The notes under the pieces: model-generated
The model's input: only the letters and a program-made list of their open reading frames with translations
The model's database searches: none
What the model was told of the DNA's origin: nothing
Shown here: piece by piece, positions 45,816-49,953 of the stretch
How the letters are laid out: the number at the start of each line of letters is the position of its first letter
Position numbering within the stretch: the stretch's first letter is position 1
DNA from: an uncultured Acetobacteraceae bacterium
GTDB taxonomy: Bacteria; Pseudomonadota; Alphaproteobacteria; Acetobacterales; Acetobacteraceae
Direction: 5' to 3'
Assembly: GCA_964434035.1 (NCBI GenBank)
Contig: CAYSTX010000002.1
Location: 1-49,953, forward strand
Length of the DNA: 49,953 bases
Program-made: the position numbers and the translations under genes

Positions 45816-46190
45816 GTGTCACGTTCGACAAAATCGCTTGCGTGCGGCGCCGCTGCCGCTTTGCTGTCACTCAGCGTGCCAGTACTGGCGGCACCACCCT
45901 CGGATGCCTCCGGAACGGTCGCGGCCAAAGGGGTCACGCTGCGGAGCGAAAGCGTGTCTTTCCCGACCAGTAGCCAGATCTTTCCGGGCGGCGCGCGCGC
46001 CAACATCGCCAACGCCAACTGCCTCACGTGCCACTCGGCCGACATGGTCCTGACACAGCCGAAACTATCGGAGTCAGACTGGACGGCCGAAGTCAACAAG
46101 ATGCGGACCGTCTACAAGGCGCCGATCAAGGAGAGCGACGTGCCGGCGATCGTCGCCTATCTCGCGACGCTCAATCCGGGCGGCTCATAG
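45816..46190 (+). CDS. sorB: Monohaem cytochrome c subunit (SorB-like)
   Basis: Signal peptide, CLTCH haem motif, and RBS AAAGGAA before the GTG start. It lies 22 nt after sorA. Confidence 0.8.
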   Translation: MSRSTKSLACGAAAALLSLSVPVLAAPPSDASGTVAAKGVTLRSESVSFPTSSQIFPGGARANIANANCLTCHSADMVLTQPKLSESDWTAEVNKMRTVYKAPIKESDVPAIVAYLATLNPGGS

Positions 46191-46196
46191 CGCGCG

Positions 46197-46964
46197 CTAC
46201 CCCGCCGACCGCATAAACGCGAGCACGGCGGCGGCAACAGCGTCCGGATTCTCGGCATGCAGCCAGTGGCCGGCATCCGGGATGGTGACAATTTCGGCCG
46301 CCGGGAACGCAGCGCGGATCGCCGGGATGTCGTCGTCGCGCACATAGTTCGACCGCGCGCCGCGAATGAACACGGTCGGGCCTGTGTACCGGGCGCCGAA
46401 CGGCGCATCCCACCCCTCAATCCGCGACAGCGCGGCGCGAATCTCTGCTAGCCCGATCCGCCAGCCGCCGCCCGCGCCGAACCGCGCGTTCTGCAACAGA
46501 AACGCGCGCAGGCTCGGATCGGACACCTCCGCCGACAGTGCGAGATCCGCCTCGGCCCGCGTCATCGCCGCAGGGTCGAGCGTCGCCATTGCCGCGGCAA
46601 GTGGCCCGAAATTCGGCGGATTGGGAACGGGCGCGATGTCGGCGACGATCAGCCGCTCGACACGGTCCGGCCGTCCCAGCGCGAGCCGCATCGCGACCTT
46701 CCCGCCCATCGAGTGGCCGAGCATCGCGGCCGTCGCGATGCCGCGCGCGTCCATCGTCTCGGCCACGTCATCGGCCATCACCGCGTAATCCATCGAATCG
46801 GCGTGCGGGCTGCCGCCATGATTGCGGAGGTCGAGCGACAGCACGCGCCACCCGTCCGCGACAAGCGGCCGCGCGAGCGCACCGAGGTTGCGGGACTGAC
46901 CAAACAAACCGTGCAGCAAGACGATTGCCGGGCCTTCTCCCTGGTCGGTGCCGGACAGAATCAT
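46197..46964 (-). CDS. Alpha/beta hydrolase (YbfF-like esterase)
   Basis: IVLLHGLFG...GHSMGG (nucleophile elbow)...AGHWLHAE. Confidence 0.8.
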   Translation of the reverse strand: MILSGTDQGEGPAIVLLHGLFGQSRNLGALARPLVADGWRVLSLDLRNHGGSPHADSMDYAVMADDVAETMDARGIATAAMLGHSMGGKVAMRLALGRPDRVERLIVADIAPVPNPPNFGPLAAAMATLDPAAMTRAEADLALSAEVSDPSLRAFLLQNARFGAGGGWRIGLAEIRAALSRIEGWDAPFGARYTGPTVFIRGARSNYVRDDDIPAIRAAFPAAEIVTIPDAGHWLHAENPDAVAAAVLAFMRSAG

Positions 46965-46976
46965 GCGCGCCGATCC

Positions 46977-47993
46977 TTACGCGGCGGGAAAGGTCAGCAT
47001 GATCTTCCCGATATGCGCGCTGCTTTCCATCAGCCGGTGCGCGTCGGCCACGCGGTCGATCGGGAAGGCCGCATGGATAACCGGGCCGCACCGCCCGTCC
47101 TCCAGCAACGGCCAGACGTGAGTACGGAGCGCGTCCGCGATAGCCCCCTTCTCCGCCGCCGTGCGCGGCCGCATGGTCGAGCCGGTGACCGTCAGGCGGC
47201 GGAGCATGATCGGCATAAGGTCGAGGTTTTCCACCTTCGAGCCTTCCAGGAACGCGATCTGCACCAGCCGTCCATCGCGGGCGAGGCAGCGTAGATTGCG
47301 TGCGGTGTACGGGGCGCCGACTATGTCGAGCACAACATCGACGCCGCGCCGGTCCGTCAGGCGCGCGATCTCGTCGGCAAAATCCGCGGTGCGGTAATTG
47401 ATCGCGTGCGCGGCGCCGAGCTTTTCGCAGGCTGCGCATTTCTCAGCCGATCCGGCGGTGGCGTAGGCGGTCGCACCGAACGCGACGGCGAGCTGGATTG
47501 CGGTGACGCCGATCCCCGACGTGCCGCCATGGATCAGCGCGCTTTCCCCGGAAGCGAGCCGACCGTGGCCGAACAGGTTGGCCCAGACGGTGAAATACGC
47601 CTCGGGCAACGCCGCCGCGCGTACCGCGTCATAACCGGCGGGCCAGGGCAGGCATTGCGTTGCGGGCGCGACGCAATACTCGGCGTAGCCACCACCGTTC
47701 ACCAACGCGCAAACGCGGTCGCCAAGTGCAAACCCGCGCGCGTCCGCGCCGAGTGCCGCGACCGTGCCCGCGACCTCGAGCCCGAGCACCGGACTGGCGT
47801 CGGGCGGCGGCGGGTATTTACCGAGGCGTTGCTGAATGTCCGGCCGGTTGACCCCGGCGGCGGCGACGCGGATCAGAATGTCGGCCGGTCCTGGCGTCGG
47901 CACCGGCGTCTGCACGAGGCGAAGAACCTCAGGCCCGCCCGGCCCCGCCGTGCCAACCACCGTCATTGTTGCCGGAACCGCCAAGCCAGTCAT
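46977..47993 (-). CDS. qor: NAD(P)H:quinone oxidoreductase (zeta-crystallin/PIG3 family)
   Basis: GGPEVL...AAGVNRPD...GLEVAG...[19 protein letters not shown] 47993 has AAGGA 7 nt upstream. Confidence 0.85.
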   Translation of the reverse strand: MTGLAVPATMTVVGTAGPGGPEVLRLVQTPVPTPGPADILIRVAAAGVNRPDIQQRLGKYPPPPDASPVLGLEVAGTVAALGADARGFALGDRVCALVNGGGYAEYCVAPATQCLPWPAGYDAVRAAALPEAYFTVWANLFGHGRLASGESALIHGGTSGIGVTAIQLAVAFGATAYATAGSAEKCAACEKLGAAHAINYRTADFADEIARLTDRRGVDVVLDIVGAPYTARNLRCLARDGRLVQIAFLEGSKVENLDLMPIMLRRLTVTGSTMRPRTAAEKGAIADALRTHVWPLLEDGRCGPVIHAAFPIDRVADAHRLMESSAHIGKIMLTFPAA

Positions 47994-48069
47994 CGCCGCA
48001 TCCTTTGTCCGCATCCGCCATCGAGACGCCCACTGTCTCGCATCGGCGGGCCGAGGAAAAGCGCGCGGC

Positions 48070-48696
48070 TCAGGTGTGCGCGTTCGAGGCCTCAAGCCAA
48101 TCCGGCGGCAGCCAGGCCCGCGTGACCTGCCAAGCCCCGTGCCGCAGGTCCAGCTGCAAGCGGATGCGTCCCGCCATACCGGCGGTGTGCAGTGCGACGA
48201 CGAAACGTGTCGGGCCCGCGAACATGGCGCGATCGAGCGCAACCGACGAGAATGATGGCCTGGTCGCCCGCTGCAGCAACATATCCGATGGGGTCGCGAA
48301 AACCGGCCGCAAAGCGAGCGCGAGGCGCTGCGGCGTCACCATGTTGTCGATCTCGTTCGACGCGATGCCCCGGACGAAGGACGAGCCAAAGGGCGGCAGG
48401 GCAGTCGGGGCGGCGGCCTTCTGCGCGGGCGGCGTCGAGGAATCTTCGAGCACCCCATCGCAAATGTCTTCTTTGATGCCCTCGCGAACGTCGTCCCAGT
48501 CAACGAGGGTGGCGAGGGTCGCGGCGTCACCGCTCAGAGCGGCCGCACGCAACCGGTAGAGCGCGACGTAAGGCGACGCGGCGTAAAGCGCCAATGCGAC
48601 CACCGCCGCACCAACCGCGCCCCGTCGGACACGCGCCGCGATGGAGGATCGTCGGCCGCATCCGGCTTCATCCTGGATCTGCCTCATTCGCCCCAC
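48070..48696 (-). CDS. DUF2939-like membrane-anchored protein
   Basis: N-terminal TM followed by [39 protein letters not shown], typical of the DUF2939 N-terminus. Confidence 0.55.
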   Translation of the reverse strand: MGRMRQIQDEAGCGRRSSIAARVRRGAVGAAVVALALYAASPYVALYRLRAAALSGDAATLATLVDWDDVREGIKEDICDGVLEDSSTPPAQKAAAPTALPPFGSSFVRGIASNEIDNMVTPQRLALALRPVFATPSDMLLQRATRPSFSSVALDRAMFAGPTRFVVALHTAGMAGRIRLQLDLRHGAWQVTRAWLPPDWLEASNAHT

Positions 48697-48898
48697 CTCG
48701 CCGATTTCACGGCTCTTTCCGATGCGTTGCGTGCGTTTGGCACGCCCTTTCGGCGCAGCGTCTCGCAGTCTCCAATGCGTAGCAGCCCTTCAATCTCGCA
48801 CATTACATCAACAGCTTGCGACATTCTATGCCGCATCGGCAACGCCTCAATCCTACTTTAGTTCACTGAATCGACGGTAAAACCTGCATCTGGGGCAT

Positions 48899-49953
48899 TC
48901 AGGGCACAGACTCGGTGCCCGTCCGACCGTCGGTTGCGAAACAGAGAACGCGGCATTCAGCACCGAGCCCGAGCGCTTCGCGGCAAGCCGGGTCTGATGC
49001 CGCCAGCAGTAGCCCGCCGAGCCCGGCCGCGCCGCCCTCATCCGCCGCAACACCCGCCGCATGCAGCAGCCGCATCGCACCGGTTGCAGCCGCGTCGGGG
49101 ATCGCCAGGAACGCCGCCGCCGCGCGCTCCAGCTCCCGCCAGGCGAGCAGGCTCGGCTCGGCGCAGGCGAAACCGGCCATGACCGTCGGTAGCTCGCCCG
49201 GAACGGCGGTAAGAGCGCCGGCGGCGGCGCTCGCCATCAGGCAGGCGGCGTGCTCGGACTCGACGATCAGGAGCGCCGGCGCGCCGAACCGCAGTCGCCC
49301 CTCGACCGACACCGAGGCCGCGACCGCGCCCACCCCGGCCTGGATCACGAGATGTGTCGGCGGCGGCCCTGTCCACTGCGCAGCCGCCTCCTCCACCATC
49401 AGCCGGTAGCCCTGCATCACATCCACCGGAACCGTGACGTAGCCGGGCCACGACGTCTCAGCGACGACATGCCAGCCCTCCGTCGCCGCATTCGCGATAC
49501 AGGCGCGGACGCTCTCGTCGTAAGTCGCACCGGCCCGTCTGATTTCGGCCCCGTAACGCGCGATCGCCGCGACCTGGGCGACGCTGACACCATCATGCAC
49601 GAACACGACCGCGCGACAGCCGAAGCGCCGCGCGCCCCAGGCAACGGACACGCCGTGGTTGCCAACGGCTGCGCAGGCGACGGTAATCGCGGTGGTCGCG
49701 GCGGCATGAACGCCTGACTCAAGGTCGGCGGCGCCAGCGTTGACCGCGATGCCAGCACGCGCCAGTTGCCCTGCAAGCAGTAGTTGAACCGCATAGGCAC
49801 CGCCGAGCGCTTTGACGCTGCCTATCTCGAAACGGGCGGTCTCGTCCTTGATCCGAAGCACGCCGAGCCCGGCCGCGTCGGCGAGTTCCGGCAGGTCGAC
49901 CAGCGGCGTCGGCGCATAGCCGGGCCAGCGCGTGATTTCGGCGCGCGCCCGCC
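48899..49953 (-). CDS. Diaminopropionate ammonia-lyase-like PLP enzyme; the N-terminus lies beyond the right edge
   Basis: ..WPGYAPTPLVDLPELADAAGLGVLRIKDETARFEIGSVKALGGAYA.. includes the PLP-Lys region. The reading frame stays open to the window end. Confidence 0.7.
   Translation of the reverse strand, partial: RARAEITRWPGYAPTPLVDLPELADAAGLGVLRIKDETARFEIGSVKALGGAYAVQLLLAGQLARAGIAVNAGAADLESGVHAAATTAITVACAAVGNHGVSVAWGARRFGCRAVVFVHDGVSVAQVAAIARYGAEIRRAGATYDESVRACIANAATEGWHVVAETSWPGYVTVPVDVMQGYRLMVEEAAAQWTGPPPTHLVIQAGVGAVAASVSVEGRLRFGAPALLIVESEHAACLMASAAAGALTAVPGELPTVMAGFACAEPSLLAWRELERAAAAFLAIPDAAATGAMRLLHAAGVAADEGGAAGLGGLLLAASDPACREALGLGAECRVLCFATDGRTGTESVP

Noticed and set aside
48697-48898. 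A 200-nt lower-GC spacer between the DUF2939 and dpaL-like genes, examined for a small gene or sRNA
   Set aside because: Only weak 4-6 bp stems are present, and the track ORF on the plus strand is compositionally non-coding. Ordinary promoter and terminator DNA is the simplest reading.

Overview
High-GC chromosomal segment, alphaproteobacterial in gene content and synteny; a Rhodospirillales/Acetobacteraceae-like origin is only a guess. About 55 protein genes are packed tightly, often with ATGA or TGATG stop/start overlaps. Most are core housekeeping: aspS, rnd, ppx-ppk1, hdaA, purMN, ndk, an ABC-F ATPase, the zapA / candidate 6S RNA / 5-formyl-THF cyclo-ligase synteny block, class I fba-thiE, asmA, epmA/epmB/efp, suhB, alkA, sorAB-type sulfite dehydrogenase and qor. 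I saw no rRNA, intact tRNA, CRISPR array, transposase, integrase or prophage genes. The most interesting locus is 31681-35056, a translationally chained trio with no flagellar, Tol, TonB or Zorya partner genes in the window. It encodes an OmpA-domain periplasmic protein, a MotA/ExbB-type channel with an extra helical tail, and a MotB-type anchor with a coiled coil of roughly 230 aa. It looks like an uncharacterised ion-driven stator-like envelope module. Secondary observations: (1) a bacterioferritin gene with atypical codon usage, bracketed by a ~105-bp direct duplication of the epmA 3' end; (2) a C-terminal relic of a multicopper oxidase; (3) an unannotated 6S RNA candidate; (4) a small secreted WHGGG / YAPPP repeat protein; (5) an orphan sulfotransferase; (6) a 16-nt A/T-rich motif shared upstream of bfr and sorA; (7) a Crp/Fnr plus HisKA_2 kinase pair with atypical codon usage. 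Long antisense ORFs in the track are treated as high-GC artefacts. All calls come from reading translations and motifs by eye; no database search was run.
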